DNA from: Cenococcum geophilum
Lineage: Eukaryota
Reading direction: 5' to 3'
NCBI GenBank assembly: GCA_050273025.1
Contig: CP158636.1
Location: 2,976,001 to 3,040,000 of the forward strand
Length of the DNA: 64,000 nt
Position numbers and translations under genes: made by a program. The first letter of the stretch is position 1. Each line of letters begins with the position of its first letter. Below, piece after piece: positions 48,128-61,579 of the stretch. Below the pieces are notes generated by a model. It was not told the DNA's origin, searched no databases, and worked only from the letters and a program-made list of their open reading frames with translations.

Positions 48128-49289
48128 ATGGCACCTAAAGCAAGCTCATTTAAGAGAGCTACCTCTATCCAAAAGGAACCTAAGATCTAATTAGGATCAG
48201 AAATTAAAGATAATAATAATATTATAGACATACGCGAGCAGATTTGCGCCCTTGCAGCCAGCTAGGAAGCTGATTATCTTAAAGCGAGAAATACACAAGA
48301 GACCCTATAAGAGATCCTAGAAAGCCTTACGGCCCTATAAAATAGCCCAGCTTCCCCTTTTTAAAGCCCTAGCCAACCTATTCACTTTACTAAATATAAT
48401 ACACCAGGGAGTATAAATATAATAACGAAGCAATTAAAGTCCGTTAAGCTCCTTAACCCCCTACCACTATCTAACAGGATAGACCCTACCTTTAAGAATT
48501 AGAGGATTTAAATACAAGGAAAGCTCTGCGTTAACCATAACCATTTCCTTTCTAAAGAAGCCAAAATGCTCTACCTCTTTAGTCGAACCACTAGGGACGC
48601 CCAACGGCACCTTTAAGCCAAGTTTAAGGACGACTCCCCTATCCGATTTATATCTGTTAACAAGATAATACGGCACCTAGCGGCTATCTACGTTAACCCA
48701 AACAAAGTACGGGATGCCCGTTATAACTATAATTACCTAATAATAAAACTAAACTAACCCTTTGCCAAATTCCAGACTTAATTTCTATACCTTACAGAAG
48801 AAGGCCAGGTTCCCCTTAAGAACTACCGATTAGACCTATATAATAAGCTAACAATCCGGCTATAAGAAAAGATTGCTGTAACCTTAGATAACCTACTAAC
48901 CTATAAAAGACTCGCAGCTTATTGCCTATTATTAGACTTAGAACTAAAGCGGATCGACGCCCGCCCTAATTAGCAGAAGTAACTCTATAATAATTGGAAC
49001 TCACTAGCTACACCTACAGGAGCTAGAGTAGGAAGATAAGTTACAACTACTCTTATACTAAAGGCGGTTATAACTATATACCAGCGAGCCTCGCCCAACC
49101 AGCTACGTACCACGCCATTAACTAGTATTTGCCGTAATACTCTAATTAACCCTGCCTTGGCTATATGCTTTAACTGCAATAAGCAAGGTTACTTTGCCTT
49201 ATCCTACCCGGAGCTAAAGGATATAGGCAATATTAAGGAAATAGAGGAAGGAGAAATATCCGATAAGTTGGGAAAAGAAGAACCCTAGG
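48128..49289 (+). pseudogene. gag: Gypsy gag
   Basis: ATGGCACC start; CFNCNKQG knuckle at ~49166. Confidence 0.8.
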
Positions 49290-52200
49290 GAAAGACTCCC
49301 CCCTAGGGTACCCTATTGATCTTAAAGAGATTAATCTTAGTTAGTTAATAGGTAGAAAGCATTTCACGGTTCTATATATAGTATCTTAAAATGGATATAG
49401 AGTTAATATAACCGCCCTTATTAACATTAGAGCAAATAGCTTCGCCTTTATAAATACTACCTATGTAAATAATATTGCTAAGTTTCTAAATGCAGAAGCT
49501 ATCTAACTAGAGAAGCCTATCTAGGTAAAGGGCTACAATAGCCAAGCCGGTTAGCCCGTTACCTACGTCTTAAAGTTATATATCGCTCTTAACAGACGAC
49601 GCTAATATGGTATCCCCTTTTGCATCCTAAACCTAGGGTCCCATAATATAATCCTTAGACAAAAATAGATGTCCTATTTTAATATTTAGTTAAATATACA
49701 AAAAAGACAGTTTATCTAGCCGGAGGATAGACCAAGGTTGCCTTTCTTTATTAGGGAAATCTGAACCAACCGTAAGACACTAGCTATAAGGGGTAACCCT
49801 ACCTACTAGTAGGATGTCCGGGCCTGTAACCTAGCCTTTACCTAAAAGAACGCCCGCTACGAAACTAGAAAGAACTCCGTGCCAACAAAAATACTCTCCT
49901 AAAGCGCTACGTTTAAAAAGGACTTTACATACGGAAGCGGGACAGATAATAATATAAATAACGTCTAAATCGCACAAATTTAACCGTTATAGAAAAGAAC
50001 GTATTAATAGGATATAAGGGATAGCCTCCAAAAGATGTAACAGGAGCTAAAAGGAGTAACGATAACGCTAGTACCCCAGAAGTCCCTAAAGTCACATACG
50101 CCCCTATTATCAGTTAACCCCCCTACCATAGACATCGCCGCAATTAGCGCTATAGCGTTCCACTTTAATATATACCAAAAGGACAATAAGGTCTTTACAA
50201 TAAGCCTATATAAGATTAACCAAATTATTAATAATAGAGAGGAAAGGCCAGATAAGGAAACCGACAAGGAACTAGTTAAACACCTCCTTTTTACCATTTA
50301 TATAGGCTACAAGGATATATTCTTAAAGGCGGCCTTAGACAAGTTACCCCCCTACCAGACGTTTAATTATAAGATTTAATTAAAGGCCAATAACTCACTA
50401 GGCTATAGCCCCCTCTACTATTAATTAATGGATAAGCTAAAAGCAATAAAGTAGTACTTAATTAACAACCTAGATAAAGGGTTTATTAAGCCAAGTTAAG
50501 CCCCTTTTACTTCCCTTATCCTATTCATAAAAAAGCCTAATAGAGGCCTTCGTTTTTATATCGACTATTAAAAGCTAAACGCTATTACTTAAAAGGACCG
50601 GTATCCTATTCCTTTAATTAATAAGACCCTTATACGTCTAAGCCAGGCAAAGATCTTTACTAAACTTAATATTCGCTAAGCTTTCCACCAAATTAGGATA
50701 GACCTTATATCCGAAGATTTAACAACGTTCCGTACCTACTATAGTTCCTATAAATATAAAGTTCTTCCTTTTAAACTAATAAACGGACTAGCTACGTACT
50801 AAAGGTATATAAATAACATTCTTTTTAATTACCTTAATAAATTCTATACGGTATACCTAGACGACATTCTTATATACTCAGACGACAAACTTAAGCATTA
50901 AGTTTATATTAAGAAGGTCCTAAAAAGGCTACGGAACGCGGGCTTATAAGTTAATATTAAGAAATGCGAGTTTAGGGTAAAACGTATAAAATACCTTAGG
51001 TTTATTATAACTATAAAAGGAATTAAGGTTAACCCTAAGAAGGTAGAGGCAATCCGTAACTAAAAGCCCCCTCGCATAGTAAAAGGAATCCAGTCCTTTC
51101 TTAGTTTTTATAATTTCTACCGCCAGTTTATCCGTGACTACGGAATTATGGCAAAACCTCTTATATAACTAACCAGGAAGGACATGCCTTTTGTCTTTAA
51201 TAATAGCTATATAGAGGCCTTTAAAGAGGTAAAGGATCGGCTTATCTCTTCCCCAATCCTTTATTACTATAACCCGGACCTTAAATTAATACTAGAAACA
51301 GACGCCTCTAATAGGGTTATAGCGGGAATCCTATTATAGTTATATCCAGACGGCGAATAGTACCCTATAGCTTTCTTCTTAAAGATAATAGACTTGGCTA
51401 AGTATAACTACAAAGTACACGATAAAGAAATGCTAGCTATTATTTAATTACTCTCCTAATAGCGCGTAGAGCTTAAAGGTACAAACTCCTAGATTAAGAT
51501 ATATACAGATCACAAAGCCCTAGAGTACTTTATAACTATAAAGCAGCTTATAGGGCAATAAGCCTAGTAGGCTAAAATACTCTCCTAATTCTTCTTTACG
51601 ATTATATATTATTCTAGTAAGCAAAACTCTAAGGCTAATACCCTAACCCGAAGAGAATAAGACATAGGACCCTAGGATAAGCTAAAGACCCAATATTAGA
51701 CACGCGCCCTCCTCTATCCAGAACAGCTCAACCCGCGGATCCTTAAGAAGCTAGACTCCTAGTAAAACAAACTAACACCAATAGAGGAGTCCTTAGATAA
51801 GCTAATAGGGCTAATTAACCGCCTCCTAACTACAAACCGCACGGCCGATGCCCTAAGGGCCCTCCGCGAATAAGCCGTAAAAGAAAACCCCGATTTTAAG
51901 ACGGAGGAAGGATTACTCCTATACCAGGAGCGGCTTATAGTCCCTAACGTTAATAATCTACGGACTAAACTAATCCGCGAAGCTTATTGCTAAGTCTCTA
52001 TAGCACACCCTAGCAAGAACAAGACCCATAAAATCATTAACTGCCACTACTATTAGCCGAGAATGGTTGCGGATATTAATTAATATATATAGAACTGCGA
52101 AGACTGCTAGAGAGCTATAATCCCACGGGATAAGACCCTAGGACTACTTAAGCCACTCCCAATACTAGAGCGCCCTTAATAGTATATCTTTATAAACTTC

Positions 52201-53350
52201 TACAAACTACCTAGGGACCGTGACGGATATAATATAGTTATAGTTATAGTTAACCACTTTAGTAAACGCCCGTTCTTAATTCTATATCACAAAAACATTA
52301 ATACTAAAGAGGCAGCCCGGCTATATATCCATTATATTTACCAAATCTATAGACCACCAGATACTATTGTGTCCAATTATAGGCTATAGTTTATATCGGC
52401 CTTCTGGAATGAGTTTACCTAAATCCTAGGCATTAAGCTAAAGCTTTCTACGGCTTATTACCCCCAAATAGATAGTTAGACAGAGATTGTAAATTAGTAC
52501 CTAAACCAGAGGCTTAGGCCCTTTATTAACTATTTCTAGGACAACTGGTTTAAATTACTACCCTTAATAGACTACGCGCAAGCAACCCTACCCTACGACT
52601 CCATAGGGTTTGCCCCGATTTAGCTAAAAATAAAATACTTACCCCACATAAGCTTTAACTAGAAAAGGCTAGAAGAACCCTAGACTATACAAAAGAAGCT
52701 ATCCTATGCTAAGGCCTAATAGTATACCAAACAATTAGAGGAGGCCTAGACGGTAGCCTACGAGAACCTAAAAAAAGCTTAGAGGTCGATAGAACAGCAA
52801 GCAAATAAACACTGTTAAGAGCCCGATTTTGCCCCTGGCGATATAGTCTAGGTTATAATAAGAAATTAGAGGACCGAACAACCTAGCCGTAAGCTAGACT
52901 ACCAGATAGCAGGACTATATAAAGTTCTTAAGAAGATAGGCAACTTATATAAGATAAAGCTCCCAGACTTAATTAGGGTTTACCCTATTTTCTTACTAGA
53001 TAAGTTACGGAAAGCTATAAACAACCTATTATCTAGACAAAAGAACGAGCCTCCCCTACTAGTTTAAGTAAACGGTAATAATAAATAGGAGGTTAATAAA
53101 ATACTAGCCTATAAGATAATATAGGGAGCGCTAAAATACCGTGTTTAATAAAAGGGCTACAATCCTAACCCAACCTAGTACCCTATGTGGAACTTTATAG
53201 GCTGCCCCTAGAAGTTTAAAGAATTCTATAACTAATACCCTAATGCGCCTAGACCCCTAAAGTACCTAAATGAATAGATAGAATGCTAGTATAATAAAGA
53301 TGATAAGTTACCGGAAGAATATAGGGACAAAAACGCCCTAAAGCCCTAAT
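49290..53350 (+). pseudogene. pol: Gypsy pol (PR-RT-RNaseH-IN-chromodomain)
   Basis: YLDDILIYS (50854-50880), ETDAS (~51295), YTDHKALEYF (~51502), chromodomain ~53085-53240. Confidence 0.9.
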
Positions 53351-54614
53351 ATAGCTGTCTGCCAAATTCTGCTATATTCTGCCGTTTTCTGCTAGTACCG
53401 TAAAATTTTAGATGTCCAGGAACTTTAACCACCGGTTAAAGTTGTCTAATTAGTTAGATCTATACCAAGACTTTTAGCGGCTACTCTTTCTAGCCTAGTA
53501 CTTCCACTTAGCCTATAATCGCCCTTTATACTTAGTTAGGACGGACTCGTGTCCCCTTTATCTCCTTATCTTATATTTTTGTAATCCTATATTTATAAGC
53601 CTAGTGCTACCCTATTTTTTCTAACTAAGCCTAAGGGCAGGCTTTCTTTTAAAGAGGGGGGTAATGTAACGGCGCTATCGCACGTTACCTGCCAAATTCT
53701 GCCATATTCTACCGACCTGCGATTAGCCCGCCTAAAGCTAGCGCCTTGGCGGCTTACCCTATATATTTATTTACATCGGTCCTAGCGACCCCTTTTCCTT
53801 CTCTTTAGCTTAGTATCTTCATAATACAGCATTCGTTCAAGCTTCGGTTTAGAGGCATTTATTTAAGCCGTAACAGTGCGGACTTCTTCTTAAAGGTCTT
53901 TAATTAATTATTAGTATTATGCTTCTTATTTAGCTTATCGTTAATTTAAAGTAGCTTAGTTCTATATAAGGGCGTCTATAAAAGACTTCTATATCTCTAC
54001 TAATTATTTTTAAAGTATAGATATAATGCCGGCGGCTATTATAGGGGCTTTAGGTTTGTTTTATATATTAGAGGGTAGTATATAAAGTTAACGCAATATA
54101 GTGTTACAGAGTAAGTATAAGCGATAATAATATATAGCGAAGTAGATATTATTAAGCTATATATATAAACTATATAATAAGGTTAAGACATTATATAAGG
54201 AGAAAAGGTAGAAAAATAGGGAGAAAGGGTATATATTGTTAGTATCACAGAGTGAGTATAAGCGGCGATAATATATAGCAAGGTAGATATTATTAAGCTA
54301 TATATATAAACTATATAAGGAGTCAAGACGTTATATAAGGAAAGAAGGTAGGGAAACTAGAAGAAAGGGCATATATTATTAACTTAGTTACTTAGTTAAT
54401 ATATATATATAGGGCAGAATAGGGTTTAGGTTATGGTCCTAGCAGAACTTAGTAAAATTTAGTAAAACTTAGCAGAATATAGCAGAATACCGTAGATTGC
54501 CGTTAGATTGCCATTAGATTGCCGTTAAATTACTATTTTGCGGTTAGTCTTTAATTACTAAGTTAGTAGAAATAGGTGGATATATATAAGGTATTACGGG
54601 GGTATCCCATAACA

Positions 54615-54822
54615 GTACTCCCCTTTTAAACTCAAACTTCTGTAAGATAGGGCTGTAGTAGTTTTAGGTAGAGTTTATAAAAGTCTTCTATAGCTTATAT
54701 AAGTCCTATAGAGTTAATGGGTTCCCATAAGGGCTTAGTAAAGCCTCTCCATTTTATAAGGTATATATATAAGCGTTTCCGTTTATTATACTTAATATTA
54801 TTAATTCTTTTAATAAAGTAAA
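54615..54822 (-). pseudogene. Gypsy 3' end: chromodomain fragment and PPT
   Basis: YLIKWRGFTKPL(S)WEP on minus ~54720-54762; PPT AAAAGGGGAG next to TGTTATGG LTR start at 54614. Confidence 0.75.
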
Positions 54823-57800
54823 CCTTTAAACCGGAAAAGTAACAGTCCGACGTTTAAGCGGGCTTAGACCGCCTAGGCCACGCGCGCTTAGGCCAAATCT
54901 TAACGTTACCACTAAAGATAAGCCCCTTTCTTGGAAAAGTTAGCAAAATTCTATATACAGCTTAGTTAATGCCTAGAAATACCTAGTACGCCTTAACATA
55001 AAATAGGGCGCGGAGTTAGACTTACTTTAAAAGTATAAGATAATATATCGCATTTTATGTATTTTCCGAGAAAAAATATATATTTGGTCCTTTTTTTAGT
55101 ACTTAATAGACTATTATAATAGAACCTAGCGCCAGGTTTCCAAAGGTATGTAATTACTAGTAAAATTGGCTTAAAGCTTCTTTAAGACCGAAAAGTAACC
55201 GTCCGGTAACCGTCCGGTAATAGTTCAGTAGAGGTCTAAATATAGTCTTAAGGGGTACTACTAAGAATTTGGCCTTATCTACTAAATTTTCTAAGAAAAT
55301 CTTAAAAGCGGGCATGCGCCGTAAGCACGAATTTTTTAACGTAGTAGATACTAAGTCTTATTATAAATTCTAAATACGCACTTATAATTTATTAGAAAAA
55401 ATAAGAGGAAAAACCGTAAAAAAGTTTTATCATTTTATTGCGCTAATTAAGATTATTATTATCCTAAGGCTAAGATTCCCCTTTAAGTTCTTGGTATTTC
55501 CGAGTAATTTAGTAATTACTCTTATATACCTCCATCTTTAAACCTTTTTAATATATAAAAACTTTATTAAAACCCAGTAATTTTCCTTAATATTTAGCTC
55601 TTGCCCTTGCAACATCCTCGGTATTAATTGTTTAACGTTTTAACCGAGCTTTTAATACTATTTCCATCTATTTTATACGCCTACTCTACTTAAAGCTCTT
55701 ATTAACCGTAGAAAAGTTCTCTTAAAAAGTAGTTTTACTAGAATATATGCTATATATTAATATAATAGTCTATAAAATAAAGTATAATTAGTAAATATAG
55801 GTAGGGCTTTTAATATAAATTAGATATATTAATACCTTTTACTCTAAATAGCCCTTTTTTAAGGTTTCCTAAGACTCTTTTGCTACGCCACGGTATAATT
55901 AAGCCCAATATTTTAATAGAATTAGAACACCTTTTACTTTTATAAGTAAAGAGTAGTACTAATTATAAAATAATTAAGAAATATTATTAGTATAACTAAT
56001 AATTCCGTGCGGCCATATAATATCCTTATTTAAGAACTTTAGTAGTGTTCCATTTATAGTAATTTCCCTAAATAAGTAATAGTTTTCTTAAAGTAGCAGA
56101 GAAGATTTAAGGGTATTTAACTGGAAAATTAAGGTTAATACTTAAGGTTGGTTAAGGTGCTAAATAGTATTAGACTAAGATAGATTTCGCGTAAGTTTTA
56201 TAAAAGTCTCTTAAAGACCTTACTACACTAAAGTAAAATCTCTAGCAGTTTTAATATTTAAGTTAAAATTAAATGAATTCTGCCTTTAAATAGTAACCTT
56301 TACTTAGAGAGGTAAAGCGCGATCTTTTTCTTAATGCAGCTAAGATATATTAGAGGAATTCTTGGAGACTAAAAGAGTATAAGAGTAGGTCTCGGAGGGA
56401 CCAAAAAGTAAAGGCATTTTTTAGTATTTTTGAAGATTATTTAACGGTGTAGGTAAATTCTTAGAGGATTAATATCCTTTATATCGGATTCTTTAAGAAA
56501 CCGCACCGTTTCTCCTTTATCTTACCTAAAGAAATTAATTATATTTTTCTATTAAGGATATACTCTTATTACGGTTATACTAACATTTCCTTATAAATTA
56601 TAATCTCTTTATATATTCTTCTTCTAGATTAAATAAATTCCTTAGCAAACCTAAGAAGCCATTTATTTTAAACGGCAACTATAGTATCTTAAGCTTTATT
56701 TCTTATTAAACCTAAGGTTCCTCCTATACCCTAATTAAGCTACTACTTTTTTCTTTTTAATGGAGCTATATTAAGGGAAATAATTATAATAATAGAACTT
56801 TTAGAGATTTTATTAAAAATATCTCAAAATTTTAGATATTTAATTTTAGATTTGTATAGCGAAAATAGCTATATTAGCGGTTTTTTCTATAAACGCTAAT
56901 TATTTTTTAAATTTCTTTAATAAAGGACTTACCCCGCACCTTATTTTTACTAAAAACCTTCTAATTATTTTCCACGCATATAAGCCTTAGAAAAATTAAG
57001 AATTACTTTCTCTCTTCTTAGAAAATGTCTTATCTCTCTTAAATTAACTCTTTTTTTTTTATTATTAGACACTAAAACTCTCTTAAATCCTATATAGAAA
57101 GCTATAAAAGATGCCGAAATTAACGAGGAACTTAATAAGTAATAAGAGATTTTAGTAGCAGAATTTAATAATTCCGTTAAAATTAATAAGTTGTTTAAAA
57201 CTATATATAAGGCTGTAGAGGGTATATTAGCACCTATAACTTTATTAGGTTATATAGGGTATATTTCCTATATATTTTAAGAATTTAGTTAAAAATACTT
57301 ATATCTAATAAGATTATTCTAGGCAAATTAAAAAGTATATTAAATTTATAAAAAAGGAAGCCCTAAAGCTTAAAAAGTTCGTTAAAAAGCTAAATAAAGA
57401 TATTCCACCATTAATATGCCTATGGATTTAATCTGTTTATAAAAAGGCCGAACCTAGCTTATCTTCTTAGTTACTATAAGAAAGTAAGAATAGAACCTAG
57501 TTATATGCGCAAAAAATGTATACAGTAGTCTCCTATTTCTACGCTTATGAGGTTTATCTTAGAAGTGATTAATTTTCTAAGAAAAGTAATAAAGAATAGA
57601 CAGGAAACCCAATACTTTTAGATATTGTGGTAAGATATATAAGAAGTCTATATAGACAAAAGGTATATTTTCTTTCTCGGTAATACCAATAATTATTTAC
57701 TATTTACTATAACTAACGCTATTTTATAGACTTATATAGAAGAAACTTAAGAAAGCGTAAAAGTAATTACTACGTTAAAGCTTTAAGAGCTTTACGAATA

Positions 57801-58341
57801 TAACGCAAATCTTAAATATACTTCTTAGTTATCCCGTCTTCCTACAGGTTAAGGAGGACGGATTTAGGGAGGTGTTTATTAGCGTATTATAATAAGCCTT
57901 ATATATATAATAGCTTTTGCCTATTTTCTTAGATTTAATAAGGTTCTGCGTATTAAAGTTCAGCATATTTAAATCCATAACCTTGCTACTAAAAAGGTTA
58001 AACTTACGCTTAATTTTCGGAAAATATATTAAATAGGAGGTAAGATCTTAAAATTTTAAAAGCATACCTAATTTTAACGGCTTTATAGAAATCCAATTCT
58101 TTTTCTTTACTTTAACCGAGAAGAGCCCTGGCTTAATGTACCCACTCTTCTACTTAAATAGCTAGATATCTTAAAAGTTACGTTAAGTTACTTATTTAGA
58201 CCATTTAATGCATTTAACTAGCTAATAGGTAGTAAAAATGTTAAATTAGTAGGTTTTTTATTATTTTATAGAGAGTTTATTATTTTAATATTTTATCTAG
58301 GCCTCTAGAGTTTTTCTTTAAAATTTTTAATAAAATCTTAT

Positions 58342-59967
58342 TGTCTGAATAAGGTTCTGTAATATAGTAGACACGGTTGCTTATAACTAATTGGGTTTAC
58401 CACGTAAGCTAAGCGAGCTCAGGAGATCTATCAAATTCCACCTATAGAAGTAGAAGGGAAGAAAAAGAAGAAGAGGACGAATACAATTGAACCAAAAACC
58501 CCCCCACCGTGATTCTAACACTAATTAGTGCCGCACAGATCAGCAAGGTATAACAAAGAGAGGCACTATCTAATTCTCTAGACCTCTCGTCAAAGGCTAA
58601 GAATTAAGCTATTACTTGCTAAGCCTAAAGGCCAGTTTATAAGGTTACTCGCGCTTCTAACCTACGTCCATTACGCCTTTAGAGCAACTAGTTTATAGGT
58701 GTATCTACGCTTCTAGTCTAACTGTCGAATCAACTACGGAACTAAAAGATGGCTACCTCCGCAACAAATACTGCCGCGATAGCTACCTCCGCGACAAATA
58801 CTAAAAAATAGAAGACTAGAATTAACGCGACCGCAACCAACATCAAGGAAGTTAAGGCATTCGTTAATTAGCGTTTATTGATATACAAGGAAAAAGAATA
58901 GAAGAGATTCGACTTATGGGAGAGCTTTATTGACGACTTTAAGTCTTTTACAAGGGATATACTTAATAACCTTAGCAAGGATCGATTAAAAACAATTAGG
59001 GATTACCTCCGCGAAAATAGCGTATATATACGGAAGGAGGCAAGGAAGTTAATTACAGACGGCCTTTTAGGAGTTATTTAAGAACTAACTCCCTCAAAAT
59101 GGCCTACTAATAACCCTATTGATAACCCTACTGATGACCCTACCGATGATACTACCGATGACCCGACCGACGACTCTATTGACGACCCTACCGACGACGA
59201 CCCTACCGACGGCCCTACCGACGGCCCTACTGACGGCCCTACCGACGGCCCTACCGACGACCCTACTGACGGCCCTACCGACGGCCCTACCGACGACCCT
59301 ACCGACGACCCTACCCCAGCTCTACTATTACTACCGACTGTGACCCAAGCTATAGACCAGCTCGCCTTATAAGGAAGCTACGGAAGAGAGATTACTAACT
59401 TAGCTAAGCTCTACACGGATGAAGTTAAGTACTCTAGTGAACAAGACAACTTTAACTTTAAGTTTAAGATCTTCAAAAACTACTGCCTCTGAGCCGGCGT
59501 CCCTAAGCAAACGTATATTATTACTATTCCTACTATACTCTGTGGGCTTGCTCTTAAGTTTCCTAAGTACCCCCAGTACTCTATATATCTAAGACCTCCC
59601 AAACAGCCACAACAACCGCAGCAGATTTAGCAATTTTAGCAGCCAAAGCCCCCAGAAACGACACAAATATAATTAAGCTATAGGCCACCGAATGGGTAGA
59701 GAGAACAGGAGATAAGGAGGGTAGTATAAGCGACTTAGCCAATCGGGGCATAGTACTTCTTTTTCTCTTATTTCCTAGTTGTTGCCAGTGTCTAAATAAG
59801 GTTCTATAATATAGTAGACACAGTTGCTTATAACTAATTAGGTTTACCATATAAGCTAAGCGAGCTCAGGAGATCTATCAAATTCCACCTATAGAAGTAG
59901 AAGGGAAGAAAAAGAAGAAGAGGACGAATACAATTGAACCAAAAACCCCCCCACCGTGATTCCAACA
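58342..59967 (+). mobile_element. Non-autonomous GalEa-like Copia deletion derivative (1626 bp, partial gag only)
   Basis: 179-bp LTRs 58342-58520 and 59789-59967; TSD CTTAT; post-LTR CTAATTAGTG; pre-LTR GTTGCCAG as in 24167-24174; gag from ATG 58749. Confidence 0.92.
59100..59315 (+). repeat. 12-bp coding minisatellite CCCTACCGACGR (PTDD/PTDG) in gag
   Basis: About 17 degenerate tandem units. Confidence 0.9.
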
Positions 59968-61579
59968 CTTATTAATATTGGGGAAGATCTGCTTATTTAT
60001 AGGGGCCACTCCTTTTAAAGGGGTGGCGTTTAGTATTTTTTTAGTAAAAAACGCTAGGGAATTCGGAAATTATATAGTTGGGGAGGCTAGAGCTTGGAGT
60101 TTAATTCTTTAACAATTATACGGTATCTTCTCGGTAGAAACGATAATCTAGTTAAATCTCGCGAGGATTATATAAATCCAAAGGCTTAAAAAGGTACCTT
60201 ATATCCTTATTATAGAAGATCTTATAATTGTGCTTAATATATAGTTTTATTAAAATATCTTTATTTAATATAGCTTTATATATATATTTAATGTAAGTAA
60301 TAGGGGTATAATAGATAGTATAACTATAATAGTAAAACCTTACTACCTTTTTAAATAGACTTCCTATCTACCTAATTAAGTATATTACTAGTTCTAAAAT
60401 AAAAATATTAGAAACCTACCTCTATTTTAAATATATATTATATTCTTTAATTAATATCTAATATAGATCCTATATAGGCCTATATAGACTACTCTGTATA
60501 TAAAGAAATTTATATATTTATAAAAGAAAGCCCCTAGTATTCTATTTTAAATACTTATACTATAATACCTTACTAGCCTTTATAACCTAATTATAATAAA
60601 ACTATATAAATCGCTACTAATACTTAGCGTTTTAGCTATTATAATAATTAGAGAGCCTATATAAAAGCCTATAGATTAGATCTTATAAGATATAAGCTCT
60701 ATACTTTTAAGTAATCTAATATATTAAAATAGTATTAAATTTATAGATAAGGCTTATATTATTAATTTATCTATCTATAGAGTTAGTATCTATATATATA
60801 ATATAATAATAAGGAGGTAAGTTACTAGCCTTTTATACTATTAAAAGATTAACTTTTAATACTCTTACTTAAATTAATAATATAAGTTAATAACTTTTAC
60901 TTAAATTAACTATATAGGAAAGAGAGCTTCTATTTAATCCTTATATAGATTATATAAACAGATAAACTAAGTAAACTATAGGCTTATTAAACCTTAAAAT
61001 AAACTCTTGTAAAAAAAGTAAAAAAAAGAGTATTTAAGTAGGTTTCTTTTTAATAAATAAAATCTAAATATTATAGTTTAACTAATATTTTATAAATTAT
61101 TATCCACCTATTCTCCATAAATAGATAGTCTCCTAATAGGGCTATATTTTATATCTATTAAAGAATATATATTAAGTACTTATTTTACCTAAAATAGCTT
61201 TTATTAATATTATACTATAGCTTTTTTAACTTTACTTTTAACTTTATATACCTTAATAATTATTCTACTATTTTTAACCACTATTACTTATTATAGGTTT
61301 TAGATTATAATCTTAGATAATAAAATACTTTTTAGTTTTTTATATAGGGCTAACTATTACTACCCCTAGAGCCTATAATAGATTAGGTAGATATAAGTAA
61401 TACTACTTTACTTTTTATCTAATTATTAAGTAGGTATATAAAAGTGTATATACCTATAAATATTTAAATATCTTAAGAGAATTATCTAAAAAGAATTAAC
61501 CCCTACTAGGTAATACTTAAAGACTTAGTTATATAAAAATAAAAATAGAGGGGGGGAAGGTATTTTAGTAGATATTATA

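Larger units (their letters stand above)
47687..53875 (+). mobile_element. Full-length Ty3/Gypsy chromovirus (A2), related to A1 but with different LTRs
   Basis: 211-bp LTRs 47687-47897 and 53665-53875; TSD GTGCG; PPT AAAGAGGGGGG 53651-53661. Confidence 0.95.
37000..54614 (-). mobile_element. Gypsy-type gag+protease relic (E), fragmented by the SINE and two full Gypsy insertions; putative LTR 54102-54614
   Basis: De-RIPed GLCFKCGS..H...C (~38920-38970) and ILIDTGASG (~38565-38600) on minus; pieces rejoin across TSDs ACTAG and GTGCG. Confidence 0.6.

Noticed and set aside
55500..57100. Mutator or Tc1 transposase
   Set aside because: No convincing DDE motifs, matching TIR pair or TSD found by eye
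60200..61540. Very AT-rich tract as a distinct functional element
   Set aside because: Consistent with a heavily RIPed relic; nothing assignable
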